A DNA stretch of 37,315 bases from positions 1-37,315 of the forward strand of contig JAWXBZ010000205.1 in the NCBI GenBank assembly GCA_034440375.1, given 5' to 3'. Shown here piece by piece: positions 1 to 8,241 of the stretch (within the stretch, counting starts at the first letter, position 1; every line of letters begins with the position of its first letter). A program made the position numbers and the translations under genes. Under the pieces are notes generated by a model that did no database searches, had not been told where the DNA came from, and saw only the letters and a list, made by a program, of their open reading frames with translations. This DNA is from Candidatus Eiseniibacteriota bacterium (lineage in GTDB: Bacteria; Eisenbacteria; RBG-16-71-46; JABDJR01; JAWXBZ01).

Positions 1-1358
1 CCCGGCGCGCCGGGAGTTGTAAACGACAGCGGCACGTACCGAAACGTGGCGATCGACAGGCCAACGGTGAACGCCTCGATTTCTGGATGGTCAGAGGCCG
101 CCTTGAAGAGAACGCGGGCCAGGCGGCAATCCTCGCGGATCATGGTTACATAGCCCGCGCGGCCAGCCTGTTGCAGCGCCAGCCATACTTTCAGGGCCCG
201 AAAGCCGCGGGTGTTCTGCATCCCCAGCTCGTAGTAGAAGATCGGCGGCACGTCCTGGTCATCGTCCCGGTGGTAGTAGGGGGGGCGATAGCTGAACGTG
301 TCGACCAGGTGTTGATTCGTCCGGACCAGCGTGCAGCCGCACTCGATCGGCACGTAGAGCCACTTGTGCGGATCGATCGCCAGCGAATCGGCGCGGGCCA
401 GCGCTTTCATGTCGGCGCTCGCCTCGGGGAGACAGGCGGAGAAGCCGCCGTAGGCGCCGTCCACGTGGAACCAGAGCTTCTCGGCCACGCAGAGATCGGC
501 AATGTCGTTCAGCGGATCGACGGCGCCGGTCGAGACGGTGCCGGCGTTGCCGATGACCATGATCGGCCGGAGTCCGGCCGCCCGATCCTCGGCAATCATC
601 AGCTTCAAGGCGGCCAGATCCATCGTGCCGGCCAGGGGATCCGTCACCTTCACTGCGAGGCGCGGCACGCGGCGCACGGCGTCGGTACCCATGCCGAAGA
701 GATCGGCGGCCTTGTCGATCCAGGTGTGCGTCTCCTCGGTGGCGTAGACGACCGCGTTCGAGCCGGCAACCCCCTCTATGCGTACTCCCGGCCCGAGCAT
801 GGCCCGACGTCCAGCCAGAAAGCCGACGAAATTGGCCATGTTGCCGCCACTGACCAGGAGGCCTCCCGCGTTCGGGTTGAAACCGACCAGCTCACTGATC
901 CAGCGGACGGTCTGCCGCTCGATTTCCGTGGCCACCGGCGAGAGGGAAAAGCCGCCGACGTTCGGATCGATGGTCGAGGCCAGCAGATCACCCAGTGCGC
1001 CCAGCGGCGCCGGTGAGCCGACGACATATCCGAGAAAGAGCGGATGCCCGACGTAGAGCGATTGATCAATGACCAGGCGCGTAGCCCGGGCCAGCAGTTC
1101 GTCGGCGTCGGTACCGGCCCCGGGAAGCGGGCGATCGCCGCCCAGCATCTCGCGTACCGTAGCCGGCGATTCGCCCGTCGTCGTGCGCGTTGTTCGAATC
1201 GTCGAGAGGTGCTCGGCCAGGTCATCCACCAGGCGATGTCCGAGGCGGCGAAATTCCTCGGCGGGAAGATCGAGCGGGGAGTGGCGGGCTGCGGTGGTGG
1301 CGGTCCCGGTGGCGGTTGTGGTGATGGCGTGGTCTTCGATCCGGGGCGGGTGGCTCAT
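1..1358 (-). CDS. Group II PLP-dependent decarboxylase (aromatic-L-amino-acid/glutamate decarboxylase family), 3' end runs off window
   Basis: Not in the ORF track; translated by hand: MSHPPRIEDH...EEFRRLGHRLVD...GGLLVSGGNMANFVG...GNAGTVSTGAVDPL...WFHVDGAYGG...SLAIDPHKWLYVP (PLP lysine motif). AAGGAG RBS 6 nt upstream of ATG 1358. Confidence 0.93.
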   Translation of the reverse strand, partial: MSHPPRIEDHAITTTATGTATTAARHSPLDLPAEEFRRLGHRLVDDLAEHLSTIRTTRTTTGESPATVREMLGGDRPLPGAGTDADELLARATRLVIDQSLYVGHPLFLGYVVGSPAPLGALGDLLASTIDPNVGGFSLSPVATEIERQTVRWISELVGFNPNAGGLLVSGGNMANFVGFLAGRRAMLGPGVRIEGVAGSNAVVYATEETHTWIDKAADLFGMGTDAVRRVPRLAVKVTDPLAGTMDLAALKLMIAEDRAAGLRPIMVIGNAGTVSTGAVDPLNDIADLCVAEKLWFHVDGAYGGFSACLPEASADMKALARADSLAIDPHKWLYVPIECGCTLVRTNQHLVDTFSYRPPYYHRDDDQDVPPIFYYELGMQNTRGFRALKVWLALQQAGRAGYVTMIREDCRLARVLFKAASDHPEIEAFTVGLSIATFRYVPLSFTTPGAP

Positions 1359-1478
1359 CGGCATCTCCTTTGGTCAGCGCGTGCCGGCAAGAATAGCGAA
1401 TGCGCGCGAAAATACCCGCCCCAAAGGAGTTGAAGACGACCGATCAATGGCCCGGAGCAATCCAATCGGCGTTACTTG

Positions 1479-3272
1479 TCAGGCAAAACCCGCCGGCCGG
1501 CGACGGTGCCATCCCGTTGAGTCCTGGTAGGCCCTGGCCACGGCGAGGAGAGCCTCCTCGCCGAAGAGACGCCCCATGAAGGTGACCGAGGCCGGCGTAC
1601 TATCGGCGCGGAAGCCGCTGGGGAGGACGACGCAGGGATGGCCGGTCAGGTTGGTGGCGCGCAGGCTGATGCCGCCGTAGGTCGGCGACAGGTAGACGTC
1701 GATGTCGGCCATGGCTTGATCGAACTGCTGGATGAGGAGCGTGCGGATCCGGTTGGCCTGGATGTACTCCACGGCCGGAATCAGCCGCGCGGTGCGGAAG
1801 ATGTTGGGCCAGGCCTGCGCGGTCTGGCGTTTCAGTTGCTCGTCCTGGTTGGTGCGGGTCAACTCGTCGAAGGCGGCCGCGGCTTCGCATTCCAGGAGGA
1901 GCAGCGTGTCGTTGACCGGCAGGTCGGGAAACGTCATCGGTACCAGGCTGACACCGAGTCGGCGCATTGCCTCGAGGACATCGTCATCGAACCCCTTTTC
2001 CTCCCGGGCCTCGTCGAAGGCGACCTTGTCGTAGCCGATTCGCAGGCTCGTCCAATCGTGGACATGCGCGTCGATGTCGGCGTTGAAGGGCGCATCATGC
2101 ACCGAGACATCGCGCCCGTCGGCGCCGTGGATGGCGTCGAAGACGAGGGCGCAATCGCCTACCGATCGGGCGATCGGTCCGATCTTGTCCATGCTCCACG
2201 AGAGGGCCATGGCCCCGTGCCGGCTGACGCGGCCGAAGGTTGGCCGAAGGCCCGTGGTGCCGCAGCGGGTGCAGGGGCTCACGATCGAACCGAGCGTTTC
2301 GGTGCCGATGGCGAAGGCAAAGAGGCCGGCCGCCGTGCCGCTGGACGAACCGGCCGAGGAACCGCTGGACCCCTGGTCCGGCTTCCAGGGATTCCTGGTC
2401 GTGCCACCGAACCAGACATCGCCGTAGGCCAGCGCGCCAACGGCCGTCTTGGCCACGAGGACGGCGCCGGCTTCGGCCAGTCGATGGATGACGGTGGCGT
2501 CCTCCCGCGGAACCTGGCCGCGAAACGGCTCGGCGCCCCATGTCGTCTGGATACCGCGTGTGGCCAGCAGGTCCTTGGCTCCGTACGGGATGCCGTGGAG
2601 AGGCCCGCGGTACCGGCCCGCCCGGATTTCGGCATCGGCCAAATCAGCCTGCCGACGAGCGAGCTCTGCCGTCAGCGTGATGACGCACTCGAGTTGCGGA
2701 TCGAATCGCTGGAGGCGATCGAGATAAACCTCGGTCAATTCGCGGGAGGTCAGTTCACCCGATTCGATCAGGCGGGAGAGTTTGCCTATGGTAAGGAACG
2801 CCAGATCGGATGGGACGGGGGGACGGATGGGCGCTCTGGAATCGTGGTGTCGTTTGGTCCGGGAAACTGATCGGACGGACGAAGCACCCGTGACGACATC
2901 ATACGGTCCACGGATCTCCTCGCGCGGCCGCCCCAGGTTGACCACCCCCGGTAGAAGTGGCGTAAAGATAAGCGCGGGGGCCACTTCGTTGCCAAGAGAT
3001 ACCTGCCGGAGGCGCCGGATCGCATCGCGATTGTCGGCGGCGCCGGCCGCCATCATCTCCCGTTCCGGCGCGGTGAAATCGAGACCGGCCAGTTCGGCGC
3101 CGCCCGCAAGGACCGCGTCCGCGATCGGTGCCGGGCCACCTACCGGAGCCTGGGCCATCGCCCGGCCGGCCTCCGCCAGCGCGGCCCCGGTCAATCCGAT
3201 GCCGGCGCACCAGCGCAGGAATTCGCGTCGATCGCCGGTGGTGATCATTCCGGGATTTGTTTCATCGGCCAT
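1479..3272 (-). CDS. Amidase-signature family amidase with Tat signal peptide
   Basis: GPLHGIPYGAKD, GSSGSSAGS and GTETLGSIVSP amidase motifs; N-terminal DRREFLRWC twin-arginine motif followed by a hydrophobic stretch and AMA cleavage site; GGAGG RBS. Confidence 0.92.
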   Translation of the reverse strand: MADETNPGMITTGDRREFLRWCAGIGLTGAALAEAGRAMAQAPVGGPAPIADAVLAGGAELAGLDFTAPEREMMAAGAADNRDAIRRLRQVSLGNEVAPALIFTPLLPGVVNLGRPREEIRGPYDVVTGASSVRSVSRTKRHHDSRAPIRPPVPSDLAFLTIGKLSRLIESGELTSRELTEVYLDRLQRFDPQLECVITLTAELARRQADLADAEIRAGRYRGPLHGIPYGAKDLLATRGIQTTWGAEPFRGQVPREDATVIHRLAEAGAVLVAKTAVGALAYGDVWFGGTTRNPWKPDQGSSGSSAGSSSGTAAGLFAFAIGTETLGSIVSPCTRCGTTGLRPTFGRVSRHGAMALSWSMDKIGPIARSVGDCALVFDAIHGADGRDVSVHDAPFNADIDAHVHDWTSLRIGYDKVAFDEAREEKGFDDDVLEAMRRLGVSLVPMTFPDLPVNDTLLLLECEAAAAFDELTRTNQDEQLKRQTAQAWPNIFRTARLIPAVEYIQANRIRTLLIQQFDQAMADIDVYLSPTYGGISLRATNLTGHPCVVLPSGFRADSTPASVTFMGRLFGEEALLAVARAYQDSTGWHRRRPAGFA

Positions 3273-3273
3273 C

Positions 3274-4095
3274 TCATCCCTCCGATCGTCGGGCCTGCCC
3301 TGTCAGGTGAAGAACTTCATCGTACAGGAGGAGTGCCTCATCGGAATGGCACATCGACCAGAGTGTTTCGCAGGCTTTTTTCAAGACGACCGGATCGCGC
3401 GGCCAGCGCCGGACGTTGGCGGACACCTGGCGTCTCGCTTCGCTTTCGCGCCCGGCGCGGGCCAGGAGGATACCCCGCTCGGACAGGAAGACGCGGGACT
3501 CGAAGAGAGGAGCCAGCCGCTCGCAAAGCCGGATGGCCGAGTCGAGCTGCCCTTTCTGGGCCAGGATCAGTGGCAGGCAACGGAGCCAGGTGGCCAGGTC
3601 GTGCCAGCAGTGGGACCATATCTCCTGGAAGAGATCCTGATCGGGCGGCTCGCCGGGAGGAGAGCAGGCCGACAGAATTCGATCCGCCCTCTGGATCGCA
3701 TCACAGAGGAGACCGGGACTCCCCATGAGGAGGGTGTCGAGCGGTTCGTAGTGCCGGTCGAACTCCTCGGCCAGGATTTCGGCACTGCTGATATCCGGGG
3801 CCCAGCGCTTCCAGAGTTCCCAGGCGGCGGCCACGACAGGCACCTCCGGAAGGAGGCTCGTTGGCGCTCCGTTTGGGTCGTTACCCGGTGGCAACGGCGA
3901 CTCCATTTCGCCAAGAGCCGCCAGCCAACTGCTGGCCAGCGAAGAGGGACTTCCCTGGCGTCGGGCCAGCGCGCGAAACCCGTCGCGGTCGGTGGAAAGG
4001 CCGATTTCCTCGAGCGTGGCCAGGATGCCGTCGGTCGAAGTTTGGCCGAGGTCCAGCGGACAATCGGGGGCGTGGGTGTTTCCGTCAGGGTTCAT
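3274..4095 (-). CDS. Hypothetical helical protein with C-terminal TPR-like repeats
   Basis: ATG 4095 with GGAG RBS; TPR-like segments (ILAQKGQLDSAIRLCERL, ILLARAGRESEARRQ, TLWSMCHSDEALLLYDEVL); stop lies 1 nt before the amidase start. Confidence 0.7.
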   Translation of the reverse strand: MNPDGNTHAPDCPLDLGQTSTDGILATLEEIGLSTDRDGFRALARRQGSPSSLASSWLAALGEMESPLPPGNDPNGAPTSLLPEVPVVAAAWELWKRWAPDISSAEILAEEFDRHYEPLDTLLMGSPGLLCDAIQRADRILSACSPPGEPPDQDLFQEIWSHCWHDLATWLRCLPLILAQKGQLDSAIRLCERLAPLFESRVFLSERGILLARAGRESEARRQVSANVRRWPRDPVVLKKACETLWSMCHSDEALLLYDEVLHLTGQARRSEG

Positions 4096-4199
4096 GGCGT
4101 TGGATCTCCCGGACGGGGCGATCACGCGTGGGCGCCCGCTGATCCTGTACAAGCTGGCGCGGAGCTGTCCAGTGGGGATCGCGATCGCAACTCGATGTT

Positions 4200-4913
4200 C
4201 TATGGCCCGACCAGCTGGCGCGCCCGCGCGAAGACCGCCTGCCACATCGTTCGGGTGAGCCGACCGGTGTTGGTGTTCTGGCGGCTGGGGTGAAACGAGC
4301 CGAGAAGGAGGGGGCCATCCGGGCCAAACGGAGTGAATTCGACCCCGTGGCCGAACTCGGGTCGTGGGCGCGGAGTAAGGTGACCCCGGCCGGACATCGC
4401 GCGGAACCAGCCATCCCAGGCGATGCGGCCGAGGGTCAGGACGACGCGGACCCGGGTCAGGCGGTCGATTTCCTCAACCAGAAATGGCCGACAGGAAGCC
4501 TGCTCCTCAAGTGTCGGCTTGTTGTCCGGCGGGGCACAGTGATTGATGGCCGTGACCCAGGCATCGGTCAGACGGAGACCGTCCTCCCGACCGACGGAGG
4601 TGGGCTGGTTGGCGAAACCGGCCCCGTGGAGTGCCTCGAAGAGCCAATCGCCCGACGAATCGCCGGTAAATACCCGGCCGGTCCGATTGCCCCCGTGGGC
4701 GGCTGGAGCCAGGCCGACGATCAGGAGGCGCGCCCCCGGATCCCCGAACGAGGGGACGGGTCGGCCCCAGTATTCCTCCGTTGCGTAGGCCCGGCGGCGC
4801 TCCCGGGCCACCAACCGGCAATGGGCAACGAGCCGGGGGCAGGCCGTGCAGGCGACAATCCGGGCGTTCAGACCGGCCATTTCGTCGTCGGATCGGTGGT
4901 TTCGGGGGGGCAT
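4200..4913 (-). CDS. udgB: Uracil-DNA glycosylase family 5 (UdgB-like, 4Fe-4S)
   Basis: CTACPRL, GLAPAAHGGNRTGRVFTGDSSG, HCAPPDNKP and FHPSRQNTNTG motifs are characteristic of family 5. Start uncertain (ATG 4913 or a later ATG). Confidence 0.9.
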   Translation of the reverse strand: MPPRNHRSDDEMAGLNARIVACTACPRLVAHCRLVARERRRAYATEEYWGRPVPSFGDPGARLLIVGLAPAAHGGNRTGRVFTGDSSGDWLFEALHGAGFANQPTSVGREDGLRLTDAWVTAINHCAPPDNKPTLEEQASCRPFLVEEIDRLTRVRVVLTLGRIAWDGWFRAMSGRGHLTPRPRPEFGHGVEFTPFGPDGPLLLGSFHPSRQNTNTGRLTRTMWQAVFARARQLVGP

Positions 4914-5102
4914 GGGGGGGCGAGAATGGTACCGCCAACCCGCTTCGTCAATCATCCATCTTGACGAAATCCGTCCTTACTAAGAGGATGGGGGTCATGG
5001 GAACCGACCCGCCGCGCGGGGAGGTACCGATTTGGGCGGAGCGCGGGAACGATCGGCCAAGCAGTCTGTACGGCGCCCAGGGGGCGCAACCAAGAGGTGA
5101 CC

Positions 5103-5909
5103 ATGCTGGAACGAATTCGTATGTGCCTGCCGTCGGGCGCCGAGGTTGATCTCCGGATGGTTTACGGCGTCGACGCGCTCGTCGCGTACGGGGTGCCATT
5201 CGTGGCCTCGCACGGCGGGGATCTGATCGTGCGACTCGACACGGAATCGCGGGACGAAGCCTTGATGCTGCCTGGCGCCACGGAGTGGAACCCGATGGGG
5301 CGGGGTGAGGCTGACTTTGTGATCGTGCCGGGTGCCTACGTCGCCACCGACGACGTGCTCCGCTACTGGATCGAACGGGCCTATGAATATGCCGAAAGCC
5401 TGGCGGCCATCGAGAGCGAGGACGCCCACTTCGACGACGAGATCGACCATTTCGGTCACGACGACATGAGCGCGCTCTCCGAGATGCCGCCTCCGTCGTC
5501 CCGGCCAAAGGGTGGCGCTTCGAAATCGCCGGCGTCCCCGAAAGCGCCCAAGGTTGTCGAGCCTTTGGCCAAAAAGCGCGCGCCGGTGACCCCGGCGCCG
5601 AAAGCGCCGGAGAAAAAAAAGGCCAGCTCCCCGGCCCGCAAGGTGGTCAAGCCGGCCAGGAAAGCCGCGAAACCGGCATCCAAGTCGGCGAAACCGGCGT
5701 CCAAGTCGGCCAAGCCGGCTCGAAAGGCCGTGAAACCGGCCCGGAAGGGTGCCCGGCCGGCCGGCAAGAAGTCGGCGAAAGCCAGGCCGGCGCGAAACTC
5801 AGGCAGGCCGACAGCAAAGAAAGCGACCAAGCAGAAGGCGGCGCCGGAAAAGGCCACCCGTCCGGCGGTCAGGAAGCCGAGCCAATCCAAGGTGTCCAAG
5901 AAGAAGTAG
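5103..5909 (+). CDS. TfoX/Sxy N-terminal-like domain fused to an acidic linker and a histone H1-like Lys/Ala/Pro tail
   Basis: N-terminal ~100 aa (LIVRLD...EALMLPGATEWNPMGR...FVIVP...LRYWIERAYEYAESL) resemble small TfoX_N proteins; the C-terminal half is KPARKAA-type repeats; GAGGTG RBS. Confidence 0.7.
   Translation: MLERIRMCLPSGAEVDLRMVYGVDALVAYGVPFVASHGGDLIVRLDTESRDEALMLPGATEWNPMGRGEADFVIVPGAYVATDDVLRYWIERAYEYAESLAAIESEDAHFDDEIDHFGHDDMSALSEMPPPSSRPKGGASKSPASPKAPKVVEPLAKKRAPVTPAPKAPEKKKASSPARKVVKPARKAAKPASKSAKPASKSAKPARKAVKPARKGARPAGKKSAKARPARNSGRPTAKKATKQKAAPEKATRPAVRKPSQSKVSKKK
5649..5753 (+). repeat. Five imperfect 21-bp tandem repeats encoding KPA(R/S)K(A/S/G)(A/V) heptads
   Basis: aagccggccaggaaagccgcg / aaaccggcatccaagtcggcg / aaaccggcgtccaagtcggcc / aagccggctcgaaaggccgtg / aaaccggcccggaagggtgcc. 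Confidence 0.85.
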
Positions 5910-5938
5910 TCGATTCCATACGCCACCGAACGACAACC

Positions 5939-5974
5939 GGGGGTGGGCCTGTCGGCTCACCCCCCAGCTTTTTC
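5939..5974 (+). terminator. Rho-independent terminator
   Basis: GGGGGTGGGC-ctgtcg-GCTCACCCCC 10-bp stem (one G:U) followed by a T run, 30 nt after the stop at 5909. Confidence 0.75.
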
Positions 5975-6043
5975 TTGCGATGAAGCCTGTCGAGCGATTC
6001 GGACAGCCGTCCCTCTCTGCCCGGCCGGGCGGAGAAGAAGCGG

Positions 6044-6889
6044 TTAGCGGCCCGGCCCGCCCGGTTTCAGCTCGTTGTTGCCGGCTTGCGGCTGGTAGGC
6101 CACCCGGACCGTGTAGCCGAAGTTGCCCGGGTTCAGGCCCGTGACGTACACCTTGGCGTAGTGGTTGTCACCGGTGAAGACCGCGTAAACATGCCCCGCC
6201 AGCACCTGCACGGAGTAGCCGGCGGCCGGGTAGGAGTCGACGCCAGTCGGCGCGTTATCGATATCGTCCCAGTTGCTGACATATCCCAGGTCCTGGATAC
6301 GGGCGCCGTTGACGCCGACCATTCCCGCGCGAACACCGGCGCCGGCGTTGAACGACTCGCACAGGACATCCGACGACCGGGGCAAGTCTTCGCCCGTCTG
6401 AATGGTCTGGGTATTGACGTCGAGATAGCGCAGGTTGTTGCCGCCGTTGACCAGCGTCAACGAGCCATCCGATTCCGACCGCGGTGTGTCGCCGATCACG
6501 TTGCCGGGGCGGCTGAGCCTGTCGTCGTCGAAAGCCACGACCAGGAAGCTGTAGGTCGTGCCATTCGTGAGTCCCGTCACGGTCTTCGTGAAGTGGCCGG
6601 CTTCCTCGGCCGATTCGAGCGATGCCACTGGCTGGGTGCCGAAGTCAACGGGGATCTCGTCCGGCGTTCCGGAAAGCGAGCCCACCGCCTGGAAGATATG
6701 GAAACCGTCACGATCCTCGCCGTAATTGCTGGCATACCAGCTCAGGACCACCTGGCCATCGCCGGTGATGGATGTCAGGCCGAGCGGCGGCGCCAGATCC
6801 CCCGGGTTGACCGGATCATCTCCACATCCCGCGCCGAGCATCGCCGCGAAGACCAGCGGCATCCACCGCTTCAATTTTCCTGAATTCAT
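6044..6889 (-). CDS. Lipoprotein with fibronectin type III domain
   Basis: ATG 6889 with GGAGG; lipobox LGAGC; Fn3 signature (PLGLTSITGDGQVVLSW...GFHIF...VTGLTNGTTYSFLVVAFD); beta-rich C-terminal domain. Confidence 0.8.
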   Translation of the reverse strand: MNSGKLKRWMPLVFAAMLGAGCGDDPVNPGDLAPPLGLTSITGDGQVVLSWYASNYGEDRDGFHIFQAVGSLSGTPDEIPVDFGTQPVASLESAEEAGHFTKTVTGLTNGTTYSFLVVAFDDDRLSRPGNVIGDTPRSESDGSLTLVNGGNNLRYLDVNTQTIQTGEDLPRSSDVLCESFNAGAGVRAGMVGVNGARIQDLGYVSNWDDIDNAPTGVDSYPAAGYSVQVLAGHVYAVFTGDNHYAKVYVTGLNPGNFGYTVRVAYQPQAGNNELKPGGPGR

Positions 6890-7031
6890 ACCTGCCCTCC
6901 TTCGGCTTCCCTGTCGAGTCGTCCTGATTTCAATCTTGATGATGCGTTGCCGACAGAGTCTGTCCGCCCCGCCGGAATCGCGCAAGTCGTGTGATAGACT
7001 CTGTGTAACCGCCCCCCGGAGACGTCGTTCC

Positions 7032-7637
7032 GTGCATCATGAACCCCGCGATATCGGCTGGATCGAAGTCATCTGCGGCAGCATGTTCTCCGGGAAGACC
7101 GAAGAGCTGATTCGCCGCCTCCGGCGCGCCGCCATCGCCCGCCAGCGCGTCCAGGTCTTCAAGCCGGTCATCGACGATCGCTACGACGTGGAAAAAATCG
7201 CCAGCCACACCGGCCAGACATTCGACTCGCGCCCCATCCTCGAGATCGAACAGGTCGACGAACTCCTCCACCGCGATACCCGGGTCGTCGGCCTCGACGA
7301 GGCCCAATTCTTCTCCGACAAGCTGGTTCCGGTCTGCGAAAGCCTGGCCAGCCGTGGCCTGCGCGTCATCGTGGCGACGCTCGACCAGGACTTTCGCGGC
7401 GAGCCCTTCCCCGCCATCCCCCGCCTCCTCTGCATCAGCGAATACGTCACCAAGATGCAGGCCATCTGCGTCGTCTGCGGCAACCCCGCCAACCGAAGCC
7501 AACGCCTCTCAGGAGGCTCGAGCCAGGTCCAGGTGGGAGGAACCGACTACTACGAGGCGCGCTGCCGGGCCTGTTTCCGGCCGCAGGTGATTGAGCAGGG
7601 GTCGTTGACGGAGACGGAGCGGAACGGAAGGGAGTGA
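7032..7637 (+). CDS. tdk: Thymidine kinase (type II)
   Basis: IEVICGSMFSGKTEEL P-loop, LDEAQFF, LDQDFRGEPF and Zn ligands CVVC...CRAC; GTG start at 7032 with GGAG RBS. Confidence 0.96.
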   Translation: MHHEPRDIGWIEVICGSMFSGKTEELIRRLRRAAIARQRVQVFKPVIDDRYDVEKIASHTGQTFDSRPILEIEQVDELLHRDTRVVGLDEAQFFSDKLVPVCESLASRGLRVIVATLDQDFRGEPFPAIPRLLCISEYVTKMQAICVVCGNPANRSQRLSGGSSQVQVGGTDYYEARCRACFRPQVIEQGSLTETERNGRE

Positions 7638-8007
7638 GGGTGGGATTGGCGATGTGGTGTCGGGTGGTGGGGGCGATGGCGGCGGTTTGGCTTGTTTCGG
7701 CTCACGGTTCCGCGTTCGGGCAGTTGCCGCAGACGGATATTTACTGGGTGCAGTTCGATTCTTACGGCACCGAGGCGCGTGTTCAGCGGGAGTAAGCGCC
7801 TTCAGTTACTTTCCGATTCACGCTCAGGGTTCAAAGCTCTTCCGTCTTTTCAGCGATGGCGAGCCATCGAAGACCTGGTGGGCTCCCTGGCTCGACCTGG
7901 ACGATTGGGGTTTGCGCGAGATCACGCGAATCAGCGGTTACCTGCACGCGCCGGGGCGCAAGGTTGGGATGTTAGTAGTTGCCGCCGACCAAGAACCCGA
8001 TAAATAG
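7634..8007 (+). pseudogene. Probable frameshifted small secreted protein
   Basis: GTG overlapping the tdk stop gives MRVGLAMWCRVVGAMAAVWLVSAHGSAFG-QLPQTDIYWVQFD...VQRE* (stop 7793-7795). One extra base at the GGG run near 7788-7790 would join it to the protein-like frame VSAFSYFPIH...QEPDK* ending at 8007. Confidence 0.45.
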
Positions 8008-8241
8008 TTATTCCACAACAAGTTCTGTGACATTCCCTTTACCATGTTGGCACTCGGGAGCCAAACTCGCAAGGAAGCATCCGAGCCAACTCGCACCTAA
8101 ACATGCGAAGCAACCGGTACCGGTGCGAGTTGCCCCGGCGCCAACATTATTGTCCTACCGGCCCCCATCACTTGACCCACCGGTTCAAAACGGGTCTACA
8201 CTCATGGCTGTCCACTTTCCGAAATGTCAGGAGGCTGTCCC

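Noticed and set aside
87-1016. 309-aa plus-strand ORF and other long antisense ORFs (e.g. 1638-2870, 8227-9543, 17315-19210, 25212-26297, 29834-30886)
   Set aside because: Shadow frames opposite well-supported genes in high-GC DNA; no motifs or RBS.
5649-5753. CRISPR-like repeat array
   Set aside because: Contiguous in-frame coding repeats without spacers; no cas genes.
8009-8060. DnaA-box-like TATTCCACA, CRP-like TGTGA and sigma54-like TGGCAC
   Set aside because: Each is a single or half site lacking its partner element.
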